A stretch of DNA of 47,396 nucleotides from Deltaproteobacteria bacterium (GCA_013205435.1 JABMMX010000211.1:1-47396), one strand, 5' to 3'; numbered from the stretch's first letter, positions 25,442 to 35,193 are shown. Numbers and translations: made by a program. Notes: generated by a model from the sequence alone, not told the origin.

Positions 25442-26542
25442 CTAGGGCCAGTCCTGATCGGAGTTGTCGAGGCGCGAGAGCAGGTCGGGCGGGCTGAGCA
25501 CGCGGACCGCTTTGCCGTAGCCGCGGACCCAGCGAACGAAGTCGATGGTGATCTGAAGCTGGAAGGTAACGGTGAACCCCTCTCCGTTGGGCAAATCCTT
25601 GGGTTCGCCCTGCGATGGGTGAAGCCGCGTGGTGTTGAACCAGGTGCGCCAGAAGGGGCGGAAGGCCAACTCGATGGTCTCGACCGGCGCGCCTTCGCGC
25701 GGGAGCCACGAGCCGAAGGCATGCTCCCAGAGTTTCCGGGGATCGTACTCGTTGATCGAGGGGTAGAGGAACTGCTTGTTCAGCTTCCGGATGGAGCGAA
25801 TGCGGGCGGTCTGATAGATGCGCTGCACGCGGATTCGATCGGTGTCGGGCGAATCGATGATGTTGCCGTAGAGCTGCACACCCTCGTCGGTGAAGAGAAG
25901 GGTCCAGGGCTGGACCTCCTCGCGGAGAAGCCCACCGTCGAACTTCTCATACTCAATCTCGATTTCATGCAGGCCGACCAGCGCATCGACAAGTTCGTCG
26001 AGCAGGTCGGAGGCGATGGTCGGGCTCAGGATCCGGGTCTTGGAGACCAGCATGCTGTCGAAGGAGCGCTGTGCCTTTGCCTTCTCGGGAGAGTCGGGAT
26101 CGAGCGACGCGAAGGCGTGGTCGCAGGCCTTCTGGAGTTCGTCAGCCAGCGCGGTCTCGCGCAGGTGGGGGAAGGCGTTGATGGCAAGGCGCAGTGCTGC
26201 GACGCGGAGCGCCGTGATGTCGGAGCCGTCGGCGAGTGCTGCCTTGGAGCGGATCTCGAGCACCTCGTTGTTGTGCTGCCGCGTCTCTTCGAAATCGTCC
26301 GGCATCTTGAGAACCAGCGCCTTGAGCCAGTTGCGCGCCGTCTTTTCATCCTTGCCGACCGCATCGACCACCTGTTTGACGGTGGCCCGCCCGTTCCGCA
26401 GCAGGAACAGGGTAAACTTTACGTGACTGACCAGGCCTTCGGCCTTGCTGTCGGCTTTGCCAGCAGCGTCGGCCGTTGAGACCTTTGCAACCTTCTTGGT
26501 TGGTTGCTTGTTGCCGCCTGCGCGCCTGTTTCCATCCTTCAT
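25442..26542 (-). CDS. WYL-domain transcriptional regulator (wHTH-WYL-WCX architecture) with a Lys-rich N-terminal tail
   Basis: N-terminal tail is basic (KQPTKKVAKV...GKADSK). HTH-like segment: RATVKQVVDAVGKDEKTARNWLKAL. WYL-like beta segment: EIEIEYEKFDGG...VQPWTLLFTDEGVQLYGNII...RIYQTARIRSI. The C-terminal extension ends ...VRWVRGYGKAVRVLSPPDLLSRL, as in YafY/PafBC/BrxR-type regulators. Confidence 0.65.
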   Translation of the reverse strand: MKDGNRRAGGNKQPTKKVAKVSTADAAGKADSKAEGLVSHVKFTLFLLRNGRATVKQVVDAVGKDEKTARNWLKALVLKMPDDFEETRQHNNEVLEIRSKAALADGSDITALRVAALRLAINAFPHLRETALADELQKACDHAFASLDPDSPEKAKAQRSFDSMLVSKTRILSPTIASDLLDELVDALVGLHEIEIEYEKFDGGLLREEVQPWTLLFTDEGVQLYGNIIDSPDTDRIRVQRIYQTARIRSIRKLNKQFLYPSINEYDPRKLWEHAFGSWLPREGAPVETIELAFRPFWRTWFNTTRLHPSQGEPKDLPNGEGFTVTFQLQITIDFVRWVRGYGKAVRVLSPPDLLSRLDNSDQDWP

Positions 26543-26645
26543 TGCCCACCCGGTGGAGAATCGGTTCCAGTGGAGGCTCCATTAGGCGATTTCGGTGCGC
26601 TTTCGCAAATGGCCGAATTCAGGGATGGACAAATCTGCACACTCC

Positions 26646-26665
26646 GGTGGAACGATCTTTCCACC
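26646..26665. promoter_or_regulatory. Perfect inverted repeat GGTGGAA-N6-TTCCACC (operator or hairpin candidate)
   Basis: ggtggaa cgatct ttccacc, followed 9 nt later by a T6 run. Related GTGGA(G/A) half-sites occur at 26552-26557 and 26570-26575. It lies in the 368-bp divergent region between the WYL regulator and the kinase-like gene. Confidence 0.3.
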
Positions 26666-26909
26666 CCCTCCCTCTTTTTTGAATTCCAGCCGTCGAGGTT
26701 TCACGCGCTACCGCCCCGATCCCGAGCCTGCCAAACGATCCAGCCGTTGGCCCGCGACCTCCCCAGATTTCACCTTGTGGTGCAGGTGACGCCCTGTCCT
26801 TCCCCGCTGGCGGACGGCACCGAGGAGGCCTCACATTTTTTGCCTCGCGACGGCCGCTGTGCGACACGCCGAGTCCCCCGCTGCCTCCACCAAGCACCCA
26901 AGGTCGGCC

Positions 26910-28280
26910 ATGGCCGATATGCCCACATCCCGCCTCCCCGGCCCGGACGCCAACCGCGAAGGCACCCAGGTCGAACTGCACCATACCTATCGGCTGGGCA
27001 GGCGTCTCCACGCAACGCCCATCTACGAGTTCGTAGAGGCTCAGTGGCTTCCCTTCGGCAGGAGCGTGCAGATTCGCTCCTACGCAGGGCTCAAGTCCTC
27101 GACGCTCCGGATGATGGACCGGACCCGCATTGCGACCACCATCCAGCGGACGACGCCGAACATCGTTGGCCCGGGCGTTCCCGACATCATCGACACGGGC
27201 CTTTGGGAGGAGATGAGCCACTTCCTCGTGATGCGGCTGCCTCCGGGCGACCTCATGAGCAGCATGCTCTCCCGGGGCCACCGCTTCAGCCCCGACGAGG
27301 TTGCTGAACTCATCTCAGACCTCGCCGGCGCGCTCGATACCTACCGCTCCACCGCAGGCGAGCCTCACCGAGGCCCGACCGCGGAGCGCGTCTGGGTGAC
27401 CCAGGAGGGGCGTGCGATCCTGCTCGGTTACGGCGAGGTACTCTACCGTGAGGACTCGCTGAATGCGGGCGGTACGCCTGTGGCTGAGTTCATCTCCCAC
27501 CTTCCGCCGGAGGTCTTCGCCTTCTCGGCCTCGAGCAGCACAACGGGCGACGACGAGGAGGGTGCGCCTACTTCTGGCCGCTTCCGGACCGCACAGCTGC
27601 CCCCCGACGCGGTGAACTGCGAGCGGGCGCCGGCAGCCGAGGTCTACGCCTTGGGCTGCCTAGCCTATCAGGCCTTTTCGGGGCACCACCCCTACTTCGT
27701 GAAGACGAACGACGCGACCGACGGGATCCGCGCGACGCTGGCCGCGATGCCCGCGCCGCTGAAGCGGCTTCCTGCTGGCTCGGTGTTTGAGACGACCATC
27801 CTGCAGGCGATGTCGCGCCAGCCTGCCGATCGCCACGCCACGACGGCAGACTTTGCCTCTGCGCTGCAAGCGGCCTTCGACGACGGAAGCAGTGACGCCA
27901 TTCCCCAGCTCCGCTCCACGGCCGTCACACAGGCCTCCTCGGATGACCTGCGCTCGCTCTCGCTCTGGCGCATGACCGGCCTCGTCTCCCTGGCGATGCT
28001 CATCATCCTCTTCGCCTACCTGCAGTTCCGGCCCTACAGCATCGTGGTAACCTCCGACCCTCCGTCGCTCGACCTGTCAGAGGTTGTGGGCCACACTTCA
28101 GAGCCGCTCGGCAGGACGCCGCTGGTGATAGAGCGCCGCTCGCTAACCGCGCCAATCCAGCTCCGCGTGATGGGCAAAGATGGCAAGGCGGGCCCGGTGA
28201 CCACGCACGACCCGAAAGACTTTCAAGATCTCGGTAACTGTCGGCGGCTGGCGATTCAGCTCAAGTTCGACGAGCGTTGA
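26910..28280 (+). CDS. Ser/Thr-kinase-fold pseudokinase with C-terminal TM helix and PEGA-like domain
   Basis: ORF 26859.. trimmed to the ATG at 26910; the start is uncertain. Kinase subdomains are recognisable: FLVMRLPPGDL, ISHLPPEVF, EVYALGCLAYQAFSG, MSRQPADRHAT. The catalytic positions are replaced: VAIK to VQIR, HRDLKPxN to HRGPTAER, DFG to GYG, and there is no Gly-rich loop. A TM helix (GLVSLAMLIILFAYL) is followed by a PEGA-like module (SIVVTSDPPSLDL...). Confidence 0.7.
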   Translation: MADMPTSRLPGPDANREGTQVELHHTYRLGRRLHATPIYEFVEAQWLPFGRSVQIRSYAGLKSSTLRMMDRTRIATTIQRTTPNIVGPGVPDIIDTGLWEEMSHFLVMRLPPGDLMSSMLSRGHRFSPDEVAELISDLAGALDTYRSTAGEPHRGPTAERVWVTQEGRAILLGYGEVLYREDSLNAGGTPVAEFISHLPPEVFAFSASSSTTGDDEEGAPTSGRFRTAQLPPDAVNCERAPAAEVYALGCLAYQAFSGHHPYFVKTNDATDGIRATLAAMPAPLKRLPAGSVFETTILQAMSRQPADRHATTADFASALQAAFDDGSSDAIPQLRSTAVTQASSDDLRSLSLWRMTGLVSLAMLIILFAYLQFRPYSIVVTSDPPSLDLSEVVGHTSEPLGRTPLVIERRSLTAPIQLRVMGKDGKAGPVTTHDPKDFQDLGNCRRLAIQLKFDER

Positions 28281-28338
28281 ACCTTGGGCGCGGCGCGCCT
28301 AGCGACAATCGAACCCTCTCCCAACCCAGGATGGTCCG

Positions 28339-31047
28339 ATGTCTCGCCGCTTGATGCTCCCCCTGCTCCTGCTCATCGCCTGTGGCGATGATGCTTCCGA
28401 AACCTCGGCCGACACGACCACCGATACCGCGGACGGTTCCGGTGCTGACACGGGGCTGGCGGACAGTTCGGGCGAGGGGTCAGATACGGCACCGGACGGC
28501 AGCGACGATGGGTCGGGGAGCGCGGCAGAGCGCTGCGCGGCAGCACCGGTGGAGCAGCTCGCGCGCATCGAGGGCGGGGGCCTGAGCGTCGCCTTCGCAG
28601 GGGATGGCAGCTGGACGCTGGCGCGCGGCGCGACGGTTGTAGCGACAGGTGTCGCGACCTGTGATGATGACCGCCCCGGCGCGCGGGTTGCTGCGGGGAC
28701 GCCAGCCTTTCGGAGTGGCTTCGGCAACACGATCGTGACGATGACGGGGCCTGCGTCGCGCCTCACCTGGCTGCAGCCGGCAGGCAGCGCGAGCGTGGAG
28801 GCCGCGACTGCAGATGCGGTGACACTCCGCTGGCCGCTGGCAGGCGCACCCGGTGCATCGGTGGCGTTGCGGTACGCGCTGGACGCGGACGGGACGCTGC
28901 GGGTCGCCATGAGCAGCACGCTCGAGGGTGCGGCCACAGGCGAGTGGAGCTGGGGCTCGCCGTCTGAGGAGCGCTTCATCGGCCTCGGAACGCAGGTGAC
29001 GGGCATGGACCTTCGCGGCCGCACCTACCGGCTCTGGACGCAGGAGCAGGGAATCGGAAAGCAGGAGGGCGACGCGGGCTTTCCGCTCGCAAACGCGCTT
29101 GAGGCGGCCTACGCGCCCATGGGCGTGATGCATGCTTCGGGCGGCTACACGATGCTTCTCGATGAGGACGCCGTGTCGGAGTTGGACCTTGACCGGGGCG
29201 GCGCGGAGCGGCTGACGCTGCGAACGGCAGGTTCACTGCCTGCGCTCTCTCTGCACCCGTGGGCAGGCCCCGCGGAGGGTATCGCCTGGGCGACGGGCCT
29301 GATGGGACGGCCGCCGCAGGTCCCCGACTGGGCCTTCGCGCCGTGGAACCACGCCGTGGGTGGCCCCGAGGAGCTGCGCCGCGTGGCCACGTTGCTGCGG
29401 GATGCAGATGTGCCCTCGTCTGCTATCTGGAGCGAAGACTGGATTGGTGGAGAGCAGGGGGGCTCGGGCTTCCGGCTCAGCTACGCTTGGGAGTGGGACC
29501 CGGCGCGCTACCCCGACCTCCCGACCGACATTGACCGGCTTCATACGCAGGGATTTGCCTTCCTCGGCTACCTGAACCCCTTTGTTCCTTCGACGACGCG
29601 GATGTTCAGCGAGGGCGAGGCGGGCGGCTTTCTGGTGCGCAACGAACGGGGCCAGACCTACACCACGACCGACCCCGCCTTCCGTGCGACAGGCATGGTC
29701 GACCTAACAAACAGCGAGGGCGCAGCCTGGTATGAGTCCTACGTGACAAAGGCGGTCAACGAGGTAGGCCTCGACGGGTGGATGGCCGACTTCGCGGAGT
29801 GGTTGCCGCTCGCAGGGCAGCTTTCGAATGGTGAGAGCCTGTGGCTCGAACACAATCGCTACCCGCTCGCCTATCAGGCCTCGAATGTGCGCGGCATCAC
29901 GGCAGCAAACGGTGGCACTGCCGATCCGGACCGGCTCTTCTTTGTGCGCTCCGGCTGGGCTTCGCGGCGCGGCGGTACCTCAGGCATCGCGCCGGTGCTC
30001 TGGTCCGGCGACCAGAACACCGACTGGGGTACCGACGACGGCCTGCCGAGCGTGGTTCCCATCTCGCTCCATGTGGGGGCCTCGGGCGTCTCGATGTTCG
30101 CGACCGACATCGCAGGCTACACCTCTGTGACCGTGCCCAACACGAACAAGGAGCTCTTCTACCGTTGGACCGTGCTGGGCGCGTTTGAGCCGGTGATGCG
30201 GACGCACCACGGGTCGGACAAGTGCGGGAACTGGTCGTTCGATCGCGATGAAGAGACGCTCGCCCACTTCCGGCGTTATGCGAAGATTCACAGCCTGCTC
30301 TACCCGGTCTGGCGTGGGCTGCTGGACGAGGCGCAGGCGACCGGTATGCCGATCCTGCGTCACCCCTTCTTGACCGATCCGACGGGCGGATGGGAGCGCG
30401 CAGGCTATGCCTGGTTCATCGGCGAGAACATCTTCGTGACGCCGGTGCTCGAAGAGGGAGCGACCAGCAAGGCGACCGCGCTACCGCCCGGATCCTGGTG
30501 GCCACTCTTTGGCGACGCAGCGCTGGCGGATGCCGGTGACTGGTCGGCGCAGGAGCTCTCCGTGCCGCTCACAGAGGCGGGCGCCTTCGTGCGTGCAGGC
30601 TCTGCGCTACCGCTGCTGACCCGGTCGCCTGCGACGATGCGAAGGGATGCTGATGCATCGGTCTCGTCGCTCGCTGCGCTCGGAGACAGCGTCCGCTTTG
30701 TGCTCTACCCCGATGCCTCCGGAGCTGCGGCAGGAACCGGTCGGGGCGCATCGGTATCGGCAGCCGGCGTAGGCGCGGGCTGGGTCGCGGAGGGCGCGAC
30801 GTGGAAGGACGCGGTGCTCGCAGCCTGCCTCGACAGCGAGGCGCCGGACTGCATCGACACGGGTACGAAGGTGTTCCGCCTGGTGGGAGCCGGCAGCCTT
30901 GTGACAGCTGGCGCCAGCACCACGGTGGAGGCCGCAGCGGGCCAGCTGGTGGAACTCGCCGTGGGTCGCGATGGCTGGGGTTCGCTGGGGGAGCCGACGG
31001 CGCTCACCGAGCTGAACCCGGACATCCCGCCGCCCTGCGAGCAGTAA
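28339..31047 (+). CDS. Glycoside hydrolase family 31 lipoprotein (alpha-glucosidase/alpha-xylosidase-like)
   Basis: Lipobox LLLLIAC plus an acidic linker. GH31-type motifs: SAIWSEDWIGG, GLDGWMADFAEWLP, WSGDQNTDW, FEPVMRTHHGS. Confidence 0.8.
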   Translation: MSRRLMLPLLLLIACGDDASETSADTTTDTADGSGADTGLADSSGEGSDTAPDGSDDGSGSAAERCAAAPVEQLARIEGGGLSVAFAGDGSWTLARGATVVATGVATCDDDRPGARVAAGTPAFRSGFGNTIVTMTGPASRLTWLQPAGSASVEAATADAVTLRWPLAGAPGASVALRYALDADGTLRVAMSSTLEGAATGEWSWGSPSEERFIGLGTQVTGMDLRGRTYRLWTQEQGIGKQEGDAGFPLANALEAAYAPMGVMHASGGYTMLLDEDAVSELDLDRGGAERLTLRTAGSLPALSLHPWAGPAEGIAWATGLMGRPPQVPDWAFAPWNHAVGGPEELRRVATLLRDADVPSSAIWSEDWIGGEQGGSGFRLSYAWEWDPARYPDLPTDIDRLHTQGFAFLGYLNPFVPSTTRMFSEGEAGGFLVRNERGQTYTTTDPAFRATGMVDLTNSEGAAWYESYVTKAVNEVGLDGWMADFAEWLPLAGQLSNGESLWLEHNRYPLAYQASNVRGITAANGGTADPDRLFFVRSGWASRRGGTSGIAPVLWSGDQNTDWGTDDGLPSVVPISLHVGASGVSMFATDIAGYTSVTVPNTNKELFYRWTVLGAFEPVMRTHHGSDKCGNWSFDRDEETLAHFRRYAKIHSLLYPVWRGLLDEAQATGMPILRHPFLTDPTGGWERAGYAWFIGENIFVTPVLEEGATSKATALPPGSWWPLFGDAALADAGDWSAQELSVPLTEAGAFVRAGSALPLLTRSPATMRRDADASVSSLAALGDSVRFVLYPDASGAAAGTGRGASVSAAGVGAGWVAEGATWKDAVLAACLDSEAPDCIDTGTKVFRLVGAGSLVTAGASTTVEAAAGQLVELAVGRDGWGSLGEPTALTELNPDIPPPCEQ

Positions 31048-31054
31048 CGCTCCG

Positions 31055-32272
31055 TTAGCCGTCGCTCTCGAGGAAGCGACGGTGCAGGCGCCGCTGGAGC
31101 TCTTTGCCGGAAGCAGCTGGTAGCACCGCGACGACGGCATCGCGGGATGAGAACCAGAAGCGCGGCGCATCGGGCAATCCTGCAGCCTGCTCGATGGCGG
31201 CATGCAGTGCGTTGGCGCTGTCGCCGACGCCGAGCCCGACGGCAGCGGCCGATGCCAGCCCTGAGGCGAAGTGCAGTTCGGCGGCAGCGGCGGCCCTTAG
31301 GCGCGCTTCAAAGGCGGCGAGGTCGTGCACATTCTCCGCCGTGCCCACGAGGCGAGCCGCGCTCCGCTCCGCGTCGACTTGGGCCGAGAGGAGGTCAATC
31401 GATCCAACCGCGGCGAGCAGCGCGGAGAGAGCCTCGGGCGTCGCGGGGGGAAGCTCAGCGACCCAGACATCGTCGCGGCCGGTGACACCACGGACGCCGA
31501 AGGCACGGAGGGAGCGGAGGAGGTGGTCCGGGAAGCCGTCGGGGCGGTGGATCGTGGTTCCCTCACCGGCACCGAAGGTGGACTTGGCGTGGAGCGCGAT
31601 GCCCTTCTGACGGGCGAATTCGACGGCCTGCGCGTTGAGCACCCGGGCGCCCTGTCGCGCGAGCTCCTGCATCTCTTCGTAGCCGACCTCAGCAAGCTTG
31701 GTTGCAGAGGGGACGATGCGCGGGTCTGCAGAATAGATGCCGTCGACATCGGAGTAGATGTCGCAGGACTCGGCGCCGAGGGCGGCGGCGAGCGCGACGG
31801 CGGTGGTGTCGCTACCGCCACGCCCGAGGGTGGTCACCTCGCTGCGATAGCTGGTGCCCTGGTAGCCTGCGACGATGACGATGCGGCCGCGGGCCAGTTC
31901 GTCCTGCACGCGGTAGGGCCGGACATCGATGATGCGAGCGCCCGCGTGAGAGTCGCTCGTCATGATGCCGCACTGGCTTCCCGTGAAGGAGATGGCCTGC
32001 TCGCCGAGGTCTTGGATGGCGATAGACATGAGCGCCATGGAGATGCGCTCGCCCGTCGAGAGGAGCATGTCTAGTTCGCGCTTCGAAGGGTCTTCGGCGA
32101 CCCGGCGTGCGAGCGAGAGGAGCTCGTCGGTGGTGTCGCCCATGGCGGAGACGACGGCGACCACGCCGAAGCCGGCGCGGCGCGTTGCCACAATCTTGGC
32201 GGCAACGGCCTTGATCTTCTCGATGGTGGAGACCGAGGAGCCTCCGAACTTCTGGACGATGATGCGCATCAT
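31055..32272 (-). CDS. lysC: Aspartate kinase
   Basis: [15 protein letters not shown]-terminus, [14 protein letters not shown], and C-terminal ACT-like repeats. The start overlaps the murC stop (TGATG). Confidence 0.9.
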   Translation of the reverse strand: MMRIIVQKFGGSSVSTIEKIKAVAAKIVATRRAGFGVVAVVSAMGDTTDELLSLARRVAEDPSKRELDMLLSTGERISMALMSIAIQDLGEQAISFTGSQCGIMTSDSHAGARIIDVRPYRVQDELARGRIVIVAGYQGTSYRSEVTTLGRGGSDTTAVALAAALGAESCDIYSDVDGIYSADPRIVPSATKLAEVGYEEMQELARQGARVLNAQAVEFARQKGIALHAKSTFGAGEGTTIHRPDGFPDHLLRSLRAFGVRGVTGRDDVWVAELPPATPEALSALLAAVGSIDLLSAQVDAERSAARLVGTAENVHDLAAFEARLRAAAAAELHFASGLASAAAVGLGVGDSANALHAAIEQAAGLPDAPRFWFSSRDAVVAVLPAASGKELQRRLHRRFLESDG

Positions 32273-33657
32273 CAGCCCCGCGCGACCGCTGCGGCACGGC
32301 GCTCGGCGACCCAGTCGTCGGCCATGCGGAAGAAGTCGTCGCCGCCGAAGAAGAGGACCTTGTCGCCGGGCTGCGCGGAGGCGCGGAGATGGGCGACGAT
32401 CTGGTTCTGGTCGGGGATGTGGGTCACGAGGTGGCCGCGCTCCCGTAGCTTGCGGACTACGAGGTCGGTATCGACGCCGGGGATGGGGTCCTCGTTGGCG
32501 GCATACATGGTGGTGATGATGACCTCGCTGGAGCCCTCGAAGGCGGTCGCATACTCGTCCTGCAGGTAGCTGGTGAGGGTGTAGCGGTAGGGCTTGAAGA
32601 TGCTGACGACGCGGCCCTTGGCGAGGTCCTTGGCGGAGTCGAGCACCTTGCGGATCGCGGTGGGGTGGCTGTTGTAGTCTTTGACCACGAAGAGGCCGTC
32701 GGCGTCGACGATGGTGAAGCGGTTGTCGAGCCCTTTGAAGTCGGCGAGGCCGCGCTGCATGGCCTCGAAGGGGACGCCGAGGTGGTCGCAGACGGCGATA
32801 GCGCCGATGGCGTTTCCGACGTTGTAGCGGCCGGGAAGCGGCAGGCTCACCTCGCCGAGCTTCTCACCGCGGCGGAAGACCTCGAAACGGAGCGGCATCT
32901 GTCCTTGGTCCAAGAGGACAGCACGGTACTCGGCGTCGCGCTCGACAGCGTAGGTGGTGACAGGCTTGGTGACACGCTCGAGCATCTGCCGGTTGCCATC
33001 GCAGTCGATGTTCACGAAGGCGCGCCGAAGCCGGCCGTTGGCCTCGATGATGCGGGCCATGGAGACGATGATGTCGAGGTGGTCTTTGTAGTAGTTGAGG
33101 TGGTCTGCCTCGATGTAGTTGCAGAGGAGCAGGTCGGTCGGGATGTTGGCATGAGAGCCATCGGACTCGTCCACCTCGGCGACAATGACATCGCCCTTCC
33201 CGGCCCTTGCGTTGAGGTTGTAGTCGAGCAGCAGGCCACCGATGATGAAGCCTGGCTCGCGCCCTGCGGCATCGAGCATCTTGGTGATCATCGCGCTGAC
33301 GGTGCCCTTTCCATGGGTGCCGGTGACGCCCACGCTGAGCCGCTCCGAGAGGAGCGCTGCGAGGAGTTCGGAGCGATGCAGGATGGGAAGCCCGCGCTCT
33401 CTGGCTGCAAGGAGTTCCGGGTTGTGGGCGGGGATGGCGGTGGAGAGGACGATGACCTCGGCGCCTTCGATGTTTTCTGCGCGCTGGCCGATGGTGACGC
33501 GGGCGCCGAGCGCAGCCATGGCGTCGGTGAGTGCGGACTGCCGGACGTCGGAGCCGGAGACGGGATAGCCGCGCTCGATCGCGACCCGTGCGACGGCCGA
33601 TACGCCGATTCCGCCGATGCCGAGGAAGTGAAGTTTGGTACCGGGCTTGAGCATCAT
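32272..33657 (-). CDS. murC: UDP-N-acetylmuramate--L-alanine ligase (Mur ligase, MurC-type)
   Basis: The 657-aa ORF is trimmed to the ATGATG at 33657 ([23 protein letters not shown]). P-loop reads [17 protein letters not shown]...IEADHLNYY matches MurC. The result is 461 aa, a typical MurC length. The 196-aa upstream extension overlaps the divergent neighbour's promoter and coding region and looks non-coding. Confidence 0.8.
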   Translation of the reverse strand: MMLKPGTKLHFLGIGGIGVSAVARVAIERGYPVSGSDVRQSALTDAMAALGARVTIGQRAENIEGAEVIVLSTAIPAHNPELLAARERGLPILHRSELLAALLSERLSVGVTGTHGKGTVSAMITKMLDAAGREPGFIIGGLLLDYNLNARAGKGDVIVAEVDESDGSHANIPTDLLLCNYIEADHLNYYKDHLDIIVSMARIIEANGRLRRAFVNIDCDGNRQMLERVTKPVTTYAVERDAEYRAVLLDQGQMPLRFEVFRRGEKLGEVSLPLPGRYNVGNAIGAIAVCDHLGVPFEAMQRGLADFKGLDNRFTIVDADGLFVVKDYNSHPTAIRKVLDSAKDLAKGRVVSIFKPYRYTLTSYLQDEYATAFEGSSEVIITTMYAANEDPIPGVDTDLVVRKLRERGHLVTHIPDQNQIVAHLRASAQPGDKVLFFGGDDFFRMADDWVAERRAAAVARG

Positions 33658-33789
33658 CGGGGCGGCCTCGACAGGTGAATTCGGGTGGCCCTTCCTGCAA
33701 CAGTTCGGCCCCTCTGCGCAAGCCTCGTGAAGGTTGAACAGCGTGCATCGCGGTGTTACGCGCCTCGGCAACTTCTCCCGAGGATAACC

Positions 33790-35145
33790 ATGCGCCGCAG
33801 CCTCCTTCTCGCAGCTCCCATCTGCCTCCTCGCCCTCGCCGCCTGCCAGCGCCGCGGTGAACCTGTCCCGACGCTCACGCAGGAGCAGTGGGCCAGGGTG
33901 CAGGAGAGTTTCCTCAAGACGGCGCCGGTGCCTCAGCACCCCGTGGGCGCGATCTTCGGCGACAAATTCCGGCTCATCGGCTGGGAGATGTCGCCGGCTG
34001 CTCCGCAGATCGACGAAGCGGTCACGATCACGCTGATTTGGGAGTGTCTCGCGGAGGTCGAAACGAATTGGCGCATCTTCACGCATCTCGATGGCACCAC
34101 CCGCCAGAACCTCGACCACGACGCGATGGCCAACGCCTTCCCGACCCTGCACTGGAAGAAGGGGACCATCCTCAAGGACACCATCGAGACCAAGCTTGAG
34201 ACCGGTGGGAAGGGCGAAGTGAAACTCTTCGTCGGTTTCTATCATGACAACGACAGGCTCGAGGTTTCGTCTCCCGGCAGCGGCAAGGTCGACAAGGATG
34301 GCCGCCTCGGTATCGGTGCCTTCACGGCCAAGTGGGAGCCGCCTGCCTACGAGATCAAGCGGGCCTCATCGCCCATCACGATTGATGGCAAGCTGACAGA
34401 CCGCGCCTGGCTCACGGCTGCGCAGACGGTCCTCTGGCGCCACCCGACGACAGGCAAGCCGCAGGACGGGCTCGATACCTGGGCCAAGATGCTCTGGGAC
34501 GACGAGAACCTCTATGTGGCCTTCTCGGCCGAAGACAGCGACGTCTGGTCGACCATCACGGCCCGCGATGGCAACCTCTGGGACGAAGAGGTGCTGGAAC
34601 TCTACATCGACGCCAAGAAGAACGGCACCGACTACCTCGAGTTCCAGATCAACCCGAACAACGCGGTCTTCGACGCCTTCTTCCCCAAGCCGACCAACCG
34701 AAACCTCGAGCAGGCGCGGGCGCGGAACTTGGAGAAGATGGAGTCGGCTGTCACGGTCTCCGGAACGCTCAACAAGCGTGATGATGAGGACCGTTCCTGG
34801 TTCGCCGAGCTTCGCATCCCGCTCGCGAGCATCCCGTCGATGGGCAATGTTCCGCCGCGAGATGGCGACACCGTCCGCGTGAACTTCTACCGCTACGACC
34901 GGCCTTCGGGCGGCGCTGTCAACACGCTGGCATGGAGCCCGATCGGTGGAGGCTCCTTCCACAAGCCGGAGCGGTTCGGCGTTGCCACCTTCACGGGCGC
35001 TGGGACGCCGCTGATGCCCGGCATGGTTGAGGGTTCAGGCATTGCCGTTCCCATGAAACTGCTGCCGACCACGGGGCAGGTGAAGCCGCTGCCGAGCGGG
35101 AACCCGGGGCTGCGGCCCGTGGCCCTTCCGAAGCTAGCGAAGTAG
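33790..35145 (+). CDS. Lipoprotein with C-terminal carbohydrate-binding family 9 (CBM9/DOMON-like) domain
   Basis: Trimmed to the ATG at 33790 (MRRSLLLAAPICLLALAAC), with GAGG 7 nt upstream. CBM9-like motifs: ITIDGKLTDRAW, WDDENLYVAFSAEDSDVW, WDEEVLELYID, DYLEFQINPNN, VRVNFYRYD. Confidence 0.7.
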   Translation: MRRSLLLAAPICLLALAACQRRGEPVPTLTQEQWARVQESFLKTAPVPQHPVGAIFGDKFRLIGWEMSPAAPQIDEAVTITLIWECLAEVETNWRIFTHLDGTTRQNLDHDAMANAFPTLHWKKGTILKDTIETKLETGGKGEVKLFVGFYHDNDRLEVSSPGSGKVDKDGRLGIGAFTAKWEPPAYEIKRASSPITIDGKLTDRAWLTAAQTVLWRHPTTGKPQDGLDTWAKMLWDDENLYVAFSAEDSDVWSTITARDGNLWDEEVLELYIDAKKNGTDYLEFQINPNNAVFDAFFPKPTNRNLEQARARNLEKMESAVTVSGTLNKRDDEDRSWFAELRIPLASIPSMGNVPPRDGDTVRVNFYRYDRPSGGAVNTLAWSPIGGGSFHKPERFGVATFTGAGTPLMPGMVEGSGIAVPMKLLPTTGQVKPLPSGNPGLRPVALPKLAK

Positions 35146-35164
35146 CTCCCGGCCCGCGCGGGAG
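35146..35164. terminator. Possible bidirectional hairpin between convergent genes
   Basis: ctcccg gcccgcg cgggag (6-bp stem) immediately after the stop at 35143-35145. There is no T-tract, so confidence is low. Confidence 0.25.
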
Positions 35165-35193
35165 GCTCCTTCGGCACCGCACTCGCCGCCTCG

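Noticed and set aside
26504-27307. A 267-aa plus-strand ORF, and a 64-aa ORF at 26595..26789, in the WYL/pseudokinase intergenic region.
   Set aside because: The composition is Pro/Arg/His-rich. The 267-aa ORF overlaps the kinase-fold CDS in another frame. Neither has a signal, motif or RBS.
33658-34245. A 196-codon N-terminal extension of the murC ORF.
   Set aside because: The extension overlaps the divergent CBM9-like lipoprotein gene and its promoter. It has no Mur-ligase similarity. The ATGATG at 33657 gives a canonical MurC N-terminus and length.
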